DNA of 64,000 bases from Octopus vulgaris (Eukaryota), in NCBI GenBank assembly GCA_951406725.2, contig OX597818.1, positions 90,458,001 to 90,522,000 on the forward strand, read 5' to 3'. The notes below the pieces were generated by a model. It saw only the letters and a program-made list of their open reading frames with translations. It made no database searches and was not told the DNA's origin. Below, in pieces: positions 11,674 through 26,650 of this stretch; positions within the stretch are counted from its first letter, which is position 1; each line of letters starts with the position of its first letter. Made by a program: the position numbers and the translations under genes.

Positions 11674-12311
11674 ATCATCATCATTATCATTATCATCATC
11701 ATCATCATCATCATTATCATCATCATCGTCGTCATCATCATCACCACCATCATCACCACCATCATCACCACCATCTTCTCCTTCTCCTCATCTTCTCTTC
11801 TTCTTCTTCTTCTTCTTCTTCTTCTTCTTCATCATCATCATTATCATCATCATCGTCGTCATAATCATCACCACCACCACCATCATCGTCATCTTCTCCT
11901 TCTCCTTCTTCTTCTTCTTCTTCTTCTTCTTCTTCTTCTTCTTCTTCTTCTACTTCTCCACCCCCTACCCCTTAACTTTGTCACTAATGTTTTTTAGTAT
12001 AACACCTACGCTAATTCTATAAACAAGCCTGTCAATATAAATATTCTCCTGAATTGAACTGAGACTGCCAGCCGCCACTGACCATTCAAAATACGACCAT
12101 CAGGGCACTCCCAGATTCTCCCATCCCCCTTTCCCCACCAGCCTTCTTCCTCTACTACCCTTCCAAGAACTCACAACGACCTCCGACACACAAGTGCAAA
12201 CAAGGGAGTCAGAGAAAGGCAGAATGCCACTTAAATCTGAACACTACTATAGAAATATTATTTTAAAAAACTTTTCTTCTAATTTTTCTAAATTTAATTA
12301 TTTAATCGTTA

Positions 12312-12349
12312 CAGTTGAAAAGGTCTCAAAATGACCGAAACCGGTACTG
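12312..12349 (+). ncRNA. Minimal type I hammerhead, U3:A8 compensatory variant
   Basis: CAG UUGAAAA GGUC ucaaaau GACC GAAA CCGG UA CUG. All three stems present, stem III palindromic. Confidence 0.7.
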
Positions 12350-12422
12350 AAATGTTCACTATAAAATTATTTTAGCATTTTCTATTTTTGACTTGTTTTT
12401 TCATATATATATATATATATAT

Positions 12423-12500
<78 letters not shown>

Positions 12501-12696
12501 TAGCATATATATATACACACATACATGCATGAATACATATACATATATATACATATTCTTTTATTCTTTTACTTGTTTCAGTCATTTGGCTACAGCCATA
12601 CCAGAGCACCACTTTTAGTCAAGAAAATAGACCTCAGAATTTATTCTTTGTAAGCCTAGTACTTTTTCTATCGGTCTATACATATTTAGCTACACT

Positions 12697-13680
<984 letters not shown>

Positions 13681-14763
13681 CCTGCAAAAGGTTTTGCGTC
13701 TGAAACGTTGGAGCACTACATTCTCTTTTTTTGACAATAGCATATTGTCATCTCGTCTTTCTATGCTGGGCTTTAATTAGAGCTACTGGGTTTGAATATG
13801 CGTTACATATACATACATTCCATACATAAAGGTATGTGTATATACATAACATACATATGTGCACATACACATATATACACATACACATGGATACATGAAT
13901 ATCTCGTATACACACACACACACACACACACTTATATATATATATAAGTGATATGTGTATATATATATGTAAGAGATATGTGTGGGCATATATTTATGTC
14001 TCACACACATACTTCACATGAGCATACAAGCGATCACAGACACAAGAGATCACTCAAACATAGACACTAGCACACACACAGACACACACACACGGACACA
14101 CACATGGACACACACACACACATATGGAATGACAGACACACACAAACATAAACACATACACACGTCCATACATGTGTTTGTACGTGTGTTGAGAATCCCC
14201 GAACTATCATTTACCGGTAAAATCTTTCAATTTCTGAGAAATTGCAAAATTTCAAACAGCACAAATTAACATCAACAATGTCAGGTGGGTCATATTTATA
14301 TAGCAGACGGATTATTCCTTGAATAGGATTATCAAATTTTGGTGTGGAGTAGGGAATGTAAATACACATCACAATGGTGCTCACATTTATAGTAATCACG
14401 CCTTCTCTATTTTCTTAACTGAATTGTTTGTCTCCTGATATACAAAGCGTTTTGTGAAAGTAAATAAAACTCTGAAAGAATTGTGCGATTCCCACCTAGA
14501 TATTAGCTGCTGATATATCAAGAGGCCACATTTGACATCTATTTATCTGTTGCTTATTTGCATTAGAATGCGGCCATGCTGGGGCACGGCCTTCAAGGGT
14601 TTAGTAAGACATTTCAACACTAGTGCCTATGTTTTATTTTAAACCTGATACTCATTCTATAGGTCTCATTTTATCGAACTAGTAAGCTATGGGGACGTAA
14701 ACAAACCAACAGTGTTTGTCAAGCGGTGTTGGGAGACAAGCACTAACACAGGTACACGGACAT

Positions 14764-14845
<82 letters not shown>

Positions 14846-15685
14846 CTCTCTCTCTCTCTTTTAATATTTTACTTGTTTCAGTCATTTGACTGCGGCCATG
14901 CTGGAGCACCGCCTTTAATCGAGTACTTATTCTATCGGTCTCTTTGCCGTAGCTAATGATGCAAACATCACATTATGGAGAGTATGCTTAGCAGTATGGT
15001 GGAATGGTTGAGAAATTCGCTTCGCAATTTTGAGGTCTAGGTTTCGATTCCATTGCGTGACAACTTAATCAAATGTCATTTTTACATTGTTATTGTGATT
15101 CCAAATGAGCTGACTGAAACTGCATAGAAGCTCCACGGATAGATCGTTCTTGCTATTCAAAGGTTCGACCTTGTCACACGCACGCACACACACACATACA
15201 CACACACACTGTCATGCTATTCTGTCCGAGAATTACGTATAGAGTACACATGTAGCTGAACATTCTGTCTGTCTTATTAGCCACAGGTAATTAATTAATC
15301 GTGTCCAGCACATCGGATGTCCATAATGAGAACACTGCTTTCTCTTACAAGGAGAAAATTATGGTGTGTTGTTCAGTGTGGTACACATATCATTTCTGTC
15401 ATTCTCTACTTTATCCATTTCTCTCTTATAGGCTCTGGTCTTGATAATTACAGTAACAAGCTCGATGGTCTTGGCATTAATTGTCTCCCTTTTAAGCGTA
15501 TGTTTCAAGAGGTTTCAACCTCTTTAATATATAAGTCTAATTAGTCTATTGTGTCATGTACAGTAGTAAGTTGTTTATACGCAATCAAAGAAGTTGCTAG
15601 TAATAGCAGCTACACTTCTTTCATATTGCTTTCTATCATGTGTAAAATAGCAACATCGGTTGCGGAATTTAAATCTAAAACAGTG

Positions 15686-16155
15686 TGTTCATGCATTGCA
15701 GTGTTAGTTTTATCATGGTTACATTGGAGAGGCAACGATGGTTTTGAAATTTTCAAACGTTAAATGGAATTGTATGTTTATACACTGTAGTATTAGTTTT
15801 ATCAGGAATACATTTGAATGTTAGAAATATCCTGAAGGCAAAAAGAAACAGTGTGCCGAACGTTAAGCACTCCGCTCATACATTGCAGTGTTAGTTTTAT
15901 TATGAATTTATTCGAGGGTCACAAAGGCTCTGAGCGCTAAATGAAACAGTATAAACGTTAAGTGAAACACAGTGTTCATACATGGTAGTATTAGTATTAT
16001 GAATACATTTCAGTGTCACAATGGTTCTGAAAGCTGAATGAAACCGTATGCCAAATGTTAAATAAAACGCTGTGGTCATACTTTTCCGAGATAGTCTTAT
16101 CATGAATATATTTGAGTGTCAACAAAAGTTCTGAAACCTCCAAACTTTAAGCCAC
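15686..16155. repeat. Degenerate tandem repeat, about 5 units of 90-100 bp
   Basis: GTTCATACATTGCAGTGTTAGTTTTATCATGAAT...AAACGTTAA recurs near 15687, 15776, 15874, 15974 and 16074. Confidence 0.75.
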
Positions 16156-16697
16156 TATGTTGATTTAATATCAAGTGAACTTGCAAATTACCATCAATTA
16201 TTTTCGACAAATAACTCCATTCGTATGCCCTCAGACGAGGACCGTATGAAAGAAGAGGATGAAGAGATCAAATCATCAGGTTGATTTTGATAAGCGATAT
16301 AACAAATAGCCATTGTACAGAATCTTGAAAATACCGAAATCTACTTAGCAGATATGAAGGAAGTAGATTTTACAAGCAGATGGCTGTGGAAATATCATAA
16401 CAGCATGCACGTCGTGGGCATCTATTTTTGTAGGATTTAATCGTCGTTATCTATGGGTGGATATATAACATTTAGCCAGCTAGAAATAGTTAGGTCATCT
16501 TGTACACACATCGTTAATATTCAATATATAAATACACAGACATACAAATATAGACATACACACACACGCAAAACACACAAATTCTGACATGCAGGGATAC
16601 ACATATTTATTCATAGTTGTTTGTGTGCTGTATGTTTCCCCTCAAAAGATAAATGCAGCCATTTATATCTCTATATCTGCGTCTATACACACACATA

Positions 16698-16729
<32 letters not shown>

Positions 16730-16813
16730 CATACAGGTACGATGATGCAAACAGGTAAAATAGGACTCAAAATATGAGTATATGTATACTTTTATTAACA
16801 TTTAGCAGAAGAA

Positions 16814-17326
16814 AGCGGCGAGCTGGCAGAGCCTTAGCACGCTAGGCGAAATACTTAGCGGTATTTCGTTTGCCGTTACGTTGTGAGTTCAAATTCCGCC
16901 GAGGTCGACTTTGCCTTTCATCCTTTCTGGGTCGATAAATTAAGTACCAGTTATGCACTGGGGTCGATATAATCGACTTAATCCCTTTGTCTGTCCTGTG
17001 TTTAGCCCCTTGTGGGTAGTAAAGAAATAGGTATTTCGTCTACCGTTACGTTCTGAGTTCAAATACCTCCGAGGTCGACTTTGCTTTCATCCTTTCGGGG
17101 TCGCACTGGGGTCGATATAATTGACTTAATCCGTTTGTCTGTCCTTGTTTGTCCCTTTTGTGTGTATTTAGTCTGTCTTTACGTTCTTAGTTCAAATTCA
17201 GGCGAGGTCGACTTTGCCTTTCATCTTTTCGGGGTCGATAAATTAAGTACCAGTTGCGTACTGGGATCGATCTAATTGACTGGCCTCCTCCCCCCAAATG
17301 TCGGGCCTTGTGCATTGAGTAGAAAA
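16814..17326 (+). mobile_element. SINE S3 with three internally repeated modules
   Basis: TTACGTT.TGAGTTCAAAT...GAGGTCGACTTTGC occurs three times (about 16875, 17045, 17180). Confidence 0.85.
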
Positions 17327-18092
17327 GTATGTTTAGCAGAAGCAACAGTGTGACACAAAGGTCAAGATTTTCGTGCGTTGGCACTTATCAAACTAGTTAC
17401 ATATGTGTGTAAAGATATGTACAAGGTTTCTTTCTTTCAATATTTATTTATGTATTTATGTAATACTTTATGAAGAATATAACAGACAAAATATTACAGA
17501 CACACAAAAAAAATACGAATTATCAACGTGATATTGCAATGTTTTTAAGATTCGATCTAGAACAATACAGCGAAAAGTGTAATCCTCATCAGCTTTCCAA
17601 CCCGTAACTACTTTCATAAGATCCAACGCACGAAACTCTCGGACCTTGAGTTACTCTGTTGCTTTTGCTAAATATCAATATGTGTGTTTGTCCTTATGTG
17701 TGAGTGTGCGCGTGTATGGATTCTATGTTTGGTTTCGCACTAAAGTCATGGTGAACTACTTTTATAGCCGAATGTTCTGTCTTTATTTATGGCCGCTCTG
17801 AATCCAAAATTTTGCTGCAGTTTTCTGTATATCCGCCATCTCTAATTTGTAGATTAGCTAATTTGTAGTGTGTGATATTCTGGTTGCAGATGGTTAATCA
17901 GAGATACTAGAAAAATATGCGTCAATGTACTTTTGTAAAAATATCCAATTAAACAATTTAGATAAGCAGGCATACAATTGTGGGGCTTTAAACATGTAGT
18001 TGTTACTGATACGAGTGTTTAGGGAGCTGGTTTGGAAGTTTTTTTTTTCTTTTGTGTACGCCACAACTTTTTGCAATCTGACCTACAATAGC

Positions 18093-18129
<37 letters not shown>

Positions 18130-18137
18130 AGTGTGTA

Positions 18138-18182
<45 letters not shown>

Positions 18183-18329
18183 AGATATATATATCCTATT
18201 TTTTAAGAAAAACATAAATCCGGAGAAGCACACTCTGTCCTCATGTCTTTCAACCTTGTCCACCAAACAACTTCTATTGCACAGTCACCAGCCAAAGGAA
18301 AGTTAATAATCATAATAAAAATAATCATT

Positions 18330-18702
18330 TCTACTATAGGTATAAAATCTGAAATTTGTAGGAAAGGGACAAGTCGATTACATCGACTCCAGTACTTAAC
18401 TGCTGCTTATTTGATTGACCTCGAGATGATAAAAGGCAGAGTCGACCTCGAAGGAATTTGATCTTAGACCGTCAGACAGACGAAATGCCTTTAATAAAAA
18501 ATCCTTTCTACTATAGGCACAAGGCCTGAATTTTTTTTTTTTTTTTTTTGTGGGGGGACTAGTCAATTACATCTCCACTTGTACTCATTATATCGACCCC
18601 AAAAGGACGTACGGTAAAGTCAACCTCGGTGGAAATTGAACAGACTAAATACTGCAAAGCATTTTGACCGGTGTACTAATGATTCTATCCGCTCGCCGCC
18701 TT
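18330..18702 (-). mobile_element. Two degenerate SINE S3 modules
   Basis: Reverse-complement similarity to 16814-17326. Confidence 0.7.
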
Positions 18703-18786
18703 CCTTAATAATGATAATAATAATAATGATAGTAGTAGTAGTAATAATAAATAATAATAATAATAATAATAGTAATAATAATAAAT

Positions 18787-19208
18787 TAAGGCCAATAGGC
18801 CGGATATAGTTGTCAGAGATTATTTTAAAAAATGCTTTCTAATTGATGCATCACTACCAGCAGATGACAACGTTTCTCTAAAAGAAAGGGAGAAAGTTTC
18901 AAAATACAAAGACCTGGAAATAGAGGTAACTTGAATGTGGAATATAAACACAGAAACAATTCCTATCATCGTAGGCGCATTAGGTATGATAAAAAAATAT
19001 TCAGACAAATATATAACAAAAACACCAGGACTTACAAATATATACAACATACAGAAAATTGCACTACTGGACACGGCACACATCCTACGCAAAACACTTT
19101 CAATACAGTAACCATAAGAGCATCACAACAAACCACAGCACATACCCAAGGCACACAGAGCTGCGCTCGGTAGTGAAGTGAAAGCACGCTATAGAAATAA
19201 AACTACTG
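18787..19208 (+). mobile_element. 3' end of an R4/Dong-clade LINE (RLE endonuclease) in a (TAA)n tract
   Basis: Translates to KANRPDIV..CFLID..P.DDNVSLKE.EK.SKYKDLEIEV..MW....TIPIIVGALG, a PD-D/ExK RLE domain. (TAA)n on both sides, the known Dong target. Confidence 0.85.
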
Positions 19209-19811
19209 AATAATAATAATAATAATATTAATAATAATGACGATGATAATACTAATACTAATACTAATAATAATAATGGCAATGATAATACTAATACTAA
19301 TACTACTACTACTAATAATAATAATGATAATGATAATAATAAGCGAGAAATGGAAAGCAAGAGAGAGGGGGAAGGGAGAAGGAGAGAGTTGGAAGTAGGG
19401 AGAAACCGACAAAGTGAAAGTGAAGCTAGAGATATGTTGATAAATAGATTAACAGATACATTGAAGTATAAATACTGAAGCGCATAAACATGTTCACCCA
19501 TATATTACATATTTTAACAGATATAATCATGAATGGTAGCACAGTGTTGCATCAACGGGGATATTGTGGGTTCCAAAGAATTCCACCCAGTACACGAAAC
19601 TCACACACTGATATCTGGACGTAATTTTACCCAGCTGTAATAACATAGTGAAAGTCATAAATCGAAAAGCTGTTAAGAAGCACGTTTTACAAACACAATG
19701 TATCCGGTTCAGTCCCACTGCACGGCAACATGGACAAGTGTTTCGACAATACCCCCAGGCTGACTAATTATTTGTGAGCGAATTAGGTAGACAGAAGCTG
19801 CGTGGGAGCCC

Positions 19812-19858
<47 letters not shown>

Positions 19859-21028
19859 TTTAAATTTTAAATAATAAGGGTGAAAAATTGAATATAAATT
19901 TGATTAATACCAATTTAAAACCAGTGGTCTAGCATATTAAAATCTGAAGATTCAGAAAAATTATATTACATATAAACACGCATGGAGTCGAACTAGGGAC
20001 AGCTGATATGGGGGTAATTATGCGGATAAACAAACTAGATACATTAAATATATTAAATATATGAAATATATTAGATATAATTGTGTAGGCTATGAAATAC
20101 AAAATATGTATATATGTATACATGCAAACAAACAAAAAGCAAAAGGTGAAGGTTTTCAGATGATGAGTTTTTAAGTATAAATATAATTTATATCAATAGG
20201 TCCAATCTGCACAGAGTGCAAACGACAGAGAAATTTAAAGCGGTGAATGTAAGGTGTTATAAGTCCAACAGCTTTTTCTGGGGGATCGAAGATCTGTAAT
20301 AGTGTTGGTAGATATAGTTCATCACATTATGCGCCCGTAATGGATGCAGTCAACATTGATTAAGACGAGCCTCCGTCACCAGGGTAGAAAAGATCTTACA
20401 TTTCAGATCTTAATGTAGAGAAGTTCAAATCCGTGAACTTAGTGGTTCTGGTGAGGGGTGACGGGTTTTGGTTAGAGAGAAGAAAATCAAGCAAAGGCTT
20501 AATTTAATGTAGTGTTTGTGTAGTTGAGATACACAAAGATTGTTCAGAGAAAGCATGACACATTAACCTGATTGGCTTGGAGAAAAATAGCGTATTTGAT
20601 GGCACACAAGACTAATTTTCTCTTAAAAAAAAAACAACAACAAAAAGCAAAAGCCTTAAAAGATTGTCCTGGCTTCTATCTGCGAATTTGGGCCTGTATT
20701 ACATGCATTAATGCACTAGTATTTCTTTTTGTGCCCTGTATATATGCTGCTGAAATTGGGGTGCATTTAAGATGTCTGTGTGTATTTTATGCGATCAAAG
20801 ACAATAATACAATTGGTCAGGGAAACTCTAACCACTGTACTAAGGTTACAACAGACAGAGAGACGGCACAACACCTTCTCTAAATGTGTAATTGATATTG
20901 TTGCTATTGTTTCGCCTTGCTTCGTGTTCCAGTTATGGCAATCCCATCGCTTTTGTTTTCTTCTTTTTTCAGTCAAGGTCGAGCATATCATCTAACATAT
21001 CCATGAGAGAATAATTTTATTACTATAA

Positions 21029-21245
21029 AGCGGTGAGCTGGCAGACTTGATAGCGCGTCGGGAAATATGCGAAGTAATATGAAAAGTACTTTTTCCGACT
21101 TTTTATTCTCAGTTCAAAACCCACCGAGGCCGAGTTTATTTTCATTCTTTCGGGGTGAATAAAATAGGTACCATTCGAGCAGTGGGGCCGATAAAATTAG
21201 CTAGACCGTCCCTTAAAATTTCAGGTCCTGTGCTTATAATAGAAT
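21029..21245 (+). mobile_element. Degenerate SINE S3
   Basis: GCGGTGAGCTGGCAG head and TTTCATTCTTTCGGGG body. Confidence 0.7.
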
Positions 21246-22524
21246 CATTTTGAAGCTCGAAAAGGCGGTAGGTTGGAAGAATCGCTCACGAGTCGGATAA
21301 AATGCTTAGCGTTGTCGCGTGGTTTGCTTGTTGCTTCAGTTGAGCTGACCACTGACGATATGCTTCAAACTTACGGGTCGTCATTGCCGAATTGGCTGGC
21401 TTAACTATCATTGTTGCATGAATATCATTTCAGCATTGTTGTAGTGTGCGTGCTAAATGTTGTGCTGGCTGCATGAATAAAATCTGAAACAAATTCACGA
21501 ATAATTTAACTGTGATATTTGTTGCCGGACATGATATTTATAGTGTTGGCTATTTACAATGCCTAATATCAATGATTACCGACTGGGAGCAGAAAAACTG
21601 CTGTGCGAATGTAAAAATCTATCTGTGGAACATCATGTAGTGTGTCCGAGTGCCTGAAATTGTCTACGCAAAAGTCCAAGGGGATCCGTAGCGGTCCGTG
21701 GTGCTCCGTAGCTTCAGTGGTCTGTTGGCCATCTCTGTTCTGAGATGAACACCACACGGTTTTTACAAGGAGACAGAGGGTTAATTCAAGAAAAATCAAG
21801 ATAGCCGTATCATGCCACAGGTTCACGCTGATTGGTCGATTTATAGGTCAATTCCCTAAAACCGTTGTGGTTCGTTCGTTCGTGGTTTCTAACCGAGTAT
21901 CTAGCAGTTAAGGTTCGGCCTCGTTTTACATCCTTTCGGGTTCGATAAAAGAACTATCAGTTGAATACAGGGTTCCAAGTAATCCATTTACTCCTTCCCA
22001 CAAAATGAATTACTTTGTGCTAGACTTTGGAACCATTATTTTGAAGCACTTTTAAGAACAGCTGAGAATTTAATTCTGATGTGATTCTATACTGAGAGTA
22101 AAGTTGAATTATTTAGTACGATTCAGCAGACAGCGAATTTAATATCACCTAATCGCTTAAAAGGTCAACGTACCTCATATAAAATTGACTGGGACTTCAG
22201 TGTAGTCTAACAGCCTAAAACGAAGATATGTTAGATAAGATTAAGTTAAAAGAGGCTCCAATTTCACCGATTAACTTTAAAATAAGGTGTGGTCAAACAA
22301 GCCATTAGATGAATCCGGTGGTTGCAGTCTACACGATCTTATCTTTAACGTCCTCATTTAAAGCCAATGTGTTATATTTTGTGGAAGTTTTCGCATATGG
22401 TTGTGAGAGGGTCGAGTAAATAATAATTTCTATCATAGCTACCTGGCCACAAATTTTGGAATAGGGTTCGTCAATAACATAGATTCTAATATTTGACCAA
22501 TACTTTATTTCATCGAGTCTTTTA

Positions 22525-22885
22525 ATTTTACTTCTTTCAGTTATTTGACAGCGGCCATGCTGGGGTATCGTATCAAAGGGTTTAATCGAACAGATTGACC
22601 ACAATACTTTTTTCCTTAGTTTTTAAAGACTCATAATTATTCTTATCAGTCTGGTAAACAAATCAGAACTGGTTGTTGAGTGGTGAAGAGGAGGCAACCA
22701 CAAACACAAAGGCTTACACAAACATACATATATACGAGGGCTTTCTCACACTTTCCTTCAAACAAATTCACTCACAGAACGTGGGTCAACCTAGGTATTT
22801 AAGAGAAGACATTCGCTCAAGCTGTGGAATTGAACCCAAAACCACATAGCTGCAATGCAAGTTTAACCATACAGCAATGCTTTCA
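22525..22885 (-). mobile_element. Degenerate SINE S1
   Basis: GCGGCCATGCTGG tail and AGAAGACA..GGAATTGAACC head in reverse orientation. Confidence 0.65.
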
Positions 22886-23210
22886 CATACAACTGCAGGA
22901 TTTGAACTCAGGATTTAATGACTCGAACTTAAATACAATAAATATTGTGTCTGGTCCTCTAACAAACAATTTGACCAGTCCAGCATCCACTGGCGGGAAG
23001 CTAGTTTGAACTTGGACTCAGTATTTATAGCGCATGTCATTCTATTTAACGCTCAAACGATGCTGCTAATACGACTCCTTTACAAGTTTATAACCCAGTG
23101 TGATGATACTGGTCAGATTAAAGGTAGATTCAATCATAGCAGAAGGTCGAATATGTACCTGTTTGGATTATTTTATTTCATTTCATAGGCGAAAACTGTG
23201 TGGAACCCGC

Positions 23211-23279
<69 letters not shown>

Positions 23280-24726
23280 TGGCGGGGGGTGTATGTGTTT
23301 ATATCTTCGTCTGTGTGATTATCCTCCCACCCAGCACTTGGTTTTATTAACGCCTTTCCAATTTGACGGTTCGGTAAGAAAGACCGATAGACTTTAAAAA
23401 TAAGTACTGGAGTCGATTATTTCGACTAAACCCCTTATGATGTTGACCCAGCATGTCCGCAGTCAGGAAGCGGTACAAAATTAAAAGGTTAGTCGAAAGT
23501 GTCGTATACGTCTCAAAATCAATCGCCTGACAACATGAAGTCACAGGGCTATATTTTCTGGTGAGGTCACCTTTCTTTTATCAGGGATTTAGAATTAAGT
23601 ACAAGTCAAGTAGTGGAGTCGATGGTGTCGACCAAATCTCTGTTCTTGCAAGAACACCACAGCATCGGAATATTTGAGACAAATCGTCGATGGACTTGAG
23701 AATTTCGTATATAGAGCTTTGTTGAAATTATATCCGATTAGCTTGGTTTGGGATCGTGATATTTTTTCTTTGGTGTCAAGTGATCTGATGTGTTTATCGT
23801 AATACACATAATTCAGCTTTACACAGTTCATTACATTTTAGTTCGTAAGAAGTGTGTGTGTGTGTGTGCGTGTGTTGTGTGTGTGTGTGTTTGAGTGCAT
23901 ATGTTTGTGTGTGTGCGTGCGTGTGTGTGGATTGGTATTTTGCACAGTGATTACTTAAATGCTTTCAAACCAAGAGTATCAACGATAACTAAAGAAATAC
24001 ATAGAATAAATACCACGTTGACAATAGAGAAATTCTGTTGGAGGTATAAAAGAAAATATCTATAAAATAGAAAATTACTATTTGTAAAGCAGTAGCATTC
24101 GCCCTAACCAGGACAGCTATTTCAATTGATTGAAATAGAAAATAAAATGAAAGATTTTCTTTCAAAGTATTTCTATATTTGAGCGCACAGACACGCAAAC
24201 AGCCACATACCCATATAAACGCACTCATTCTCACCCATACATATAAGTTTTATAGAAATTGTTCGCCTACATAAATGTATTGATATCTGCTTATACAGAT
24301 TTGTTACTGTATATATTCACAAATGTTTGGAAATGTGTCTTGCTCTCAATTTGTATGAATATTTTGATAAACTTTTGAAGTTGGTCGTTGTGAGTGTGAG
24401 CGTTCATGAGCGTTCGATAAGCTTTCTCCATATTGGTCGGTTTTTAGTTTCAGTTTACCATTTATTATGATAATTCCTTTCTACTTTACATTCCTTTTTG
24501 CTGTATATTTAAATCTCATTCTAGGTCTGTCTTAGTCTCCTTTCTCCTTTCATCGTTTGGAGTAAAGTTGTCCGGGGAGTCTGCTATTGTCTTTTCATGT
24601 CTAATAGTAATGTTTTCTTCTGTTATGGAAGCAAGTTCCCCACAGGTTGTTGAAGGTATTCAATTTTTCAAATGTTAATCGTTAAGCTGAAATGTGCAGC
24701 TTTGACAAAGCTATCTACCGTAGGAA

Positions 24727-25105
24727 TAGCTTGCTTACGAACCATATGGTTCCGGGTTCAGTCCCACTGCGTGGCACCTTGGCCAAGTGTCTTCTACTAT
24801 AGCCTCGGGCCGACCAAAGCTTTGTGAGTGGATTTGGTAGACGGAAACTGAAAGAAGCCCGTCGTAGATATGTATATATATATATATGTGTGTGTGTGTC
24901 TGTGTTTGTCCCCCCAACATCGCATGACAACCGATGCTGGTGTGTTTACGTCCCCGTAACTTAGCGATTCGGCAAAGAGACCGATAGAATAAGTACTAGG
25001 CTTACAAAGAATAAGTCCTGGGTTCGATTTGCTCGACTAAAAGCGGTGCTCCAGCATGGCCACAGTCAAATGACTGAAACAAGTAAAAGAGTAAAAGAGT
25101 AAAAG
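24727..25105 (+). mobile_element. SINE S1, well preserved, slightly 5' truncated
   Basis: Very similar to 37033-37458, including the (AGTAAAAG)n tail. Confidence 0.9.
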
Positions 25106-25107
25106 AG

Positions 25108-26035
25108 CACCATATTCTGCCTATCTTCAGCGCCGTGGGCAACCGGAGCACTATCATCAGCAAACAGCGCCGCTCGTACTAAGGCCTTTGTAGAGCACAG
25201 CTTTGCTTTATACTGTACGGCATTGAACAGATCAACATCATGTCGCGTCTGGATGTAAATCCCCACCTCCAGCTTCTCCAATAGCAACTTCTATGACTGT
25301 TACAAGATAGGAGGAGAACAATGCTGGAACAAGTACGCACCCTTGTTAACTTGATTTGTCCCCAAAACCTCGCGTTGAAATCTTGTTATCTTGTACTACA
25401 AATGCCTGCATTCCTTTGTGCTACCTAACCAAGTTGATGAAACTTCGAGGACATTCATGTTTCTTAAGAACCACCCAAAGTCCATCACGAGATACAGTGA
25501 AAAAAGCCTTTGTGAAGTCTATGAATACTGCATCCATAGACATGTTATGTTCAATACATTTTCCTAATTTTGGCAAAGACAAGATCACGTCCACATTACT
25601 TTTACCGTACAGGAAGCCACACTGAGTCTCAAATAAAATATTTGGACAGATAGTTTGTTTAAAAGAATACGAGTCAAGAAATCCACGACGCCTGAGATAT
25701 TAAGCAGGTTATAAAAGTGATTGGCAAATCTATCAAGGATCTCCGAATTTTTCTGGAGTAGTGGTTTGCCGTTAAGTGCTATAAGTTTTATGATGTCTCT
25801 TCACTGTGGTCCGTATATCTCACGAGGTCCTGAGTAAAATAGTTTCATACCGTTTTAATTTGCATAATGCAGTGGCTTTTCAGCTTTGGCTTCCCACCAA
25901 TCTGGCTTCAGTTTACTAGCATACTGTTGCAGCATACTTCATGCTTCTATCCACCAGTTTTCCTATGTTTGACCTTGTGTTGTAATATAGCTGCCTTGCC
26001 TTTGCAATGTTCCTTTCCTCTAGCACCCGCCACCG
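25108..26035 (-). mobile_element. RTE-clade LINE reverse transcriptase fragment
   Basis: Minus-strand translation gives LFADDSA..AH, FIDFTKAF.TVSRDGLW.VL, and an ESQCGF motif, with stops and frameshifts. Confidence 0.8.
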
Positions 26036-26324
26036 GCAATCGAGAGTGGAGACGAACAAGGTGAAATGTAGTGTTTTGATCAAGAACACCACGCGCCGCC
26101 CAGTCTAGAAATCGAAAACACGATGTCACAATCGTGAGTGCGACATCCTAACCTCTAGGCCACGCACCTTCACATATGCATATGTATGTTTATATGTGAT
26201 ACACATGAACAAGTGCATGTATATATACATACATATATATTTGAGGATGTTTGTGTGTGTATACATAGTAGCGAAGTAGCTAATTGTATATACACCTATA
26301 TGTACATATAGGTGTGTATATTGT

Positions 26325-26650
26325 GAAGGCGCGTGGCTTAGTAGTTAGGGGCATCCGGCTCATGATCGTAAGGTCGTGAGTTCGATTCCCGGCGGCGCGT
26401 TGTGTCCTTGAGCAAGATACTTTATTTCGCGTTGCTACAGTCCACTCCGCTGGCAAGAATGAGTAGTGCCTGTATTTCAAAGGGCCAGCTTTGTCACACT
26501 CTGTGTCATGCTGAATCTCCCCAAGAACTACAGTAAGTGTACACGTGTTTGTGGAGTGCTCAGCCACTTGCACGTTAATTTCACGAGCATGCTGTTCCGT
26601 TGATCGTATCAGTTGGGACTCTCGTCGTCGCAACCGATGTAGTGCTCCTA
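26325..26650 (+). mobile_element. SINE S2, full length
   Basis: GAAGGCGCGTGGCTTAGTAGTTAGG A-box, GAGTTCGATTCCC B-box, GTGTCCTTGAGCAAGA central domain. Confidence 0.88.

Noticed and set aside
11426-12022. 198-aa ORF and overlapping poly-His/Ser/Ile ORFs
   Set aside because: Translations of (CAT)n, (CTT)n and (TA)n microsatellites. The same applies to nearly all YI/HT/CV ORFs in the track.
15686-16155. CRISPR-like repeat-spacer array
   Set aside because: Repeats are diverged, the spacers resemble each other, the context is eukaryotic and no cas genes are present.
26325-26400. tRNA genes at SINE heads
   Set aside because: A and B boxes run directly into SINE bodies and no complete cloverleaf is evident.
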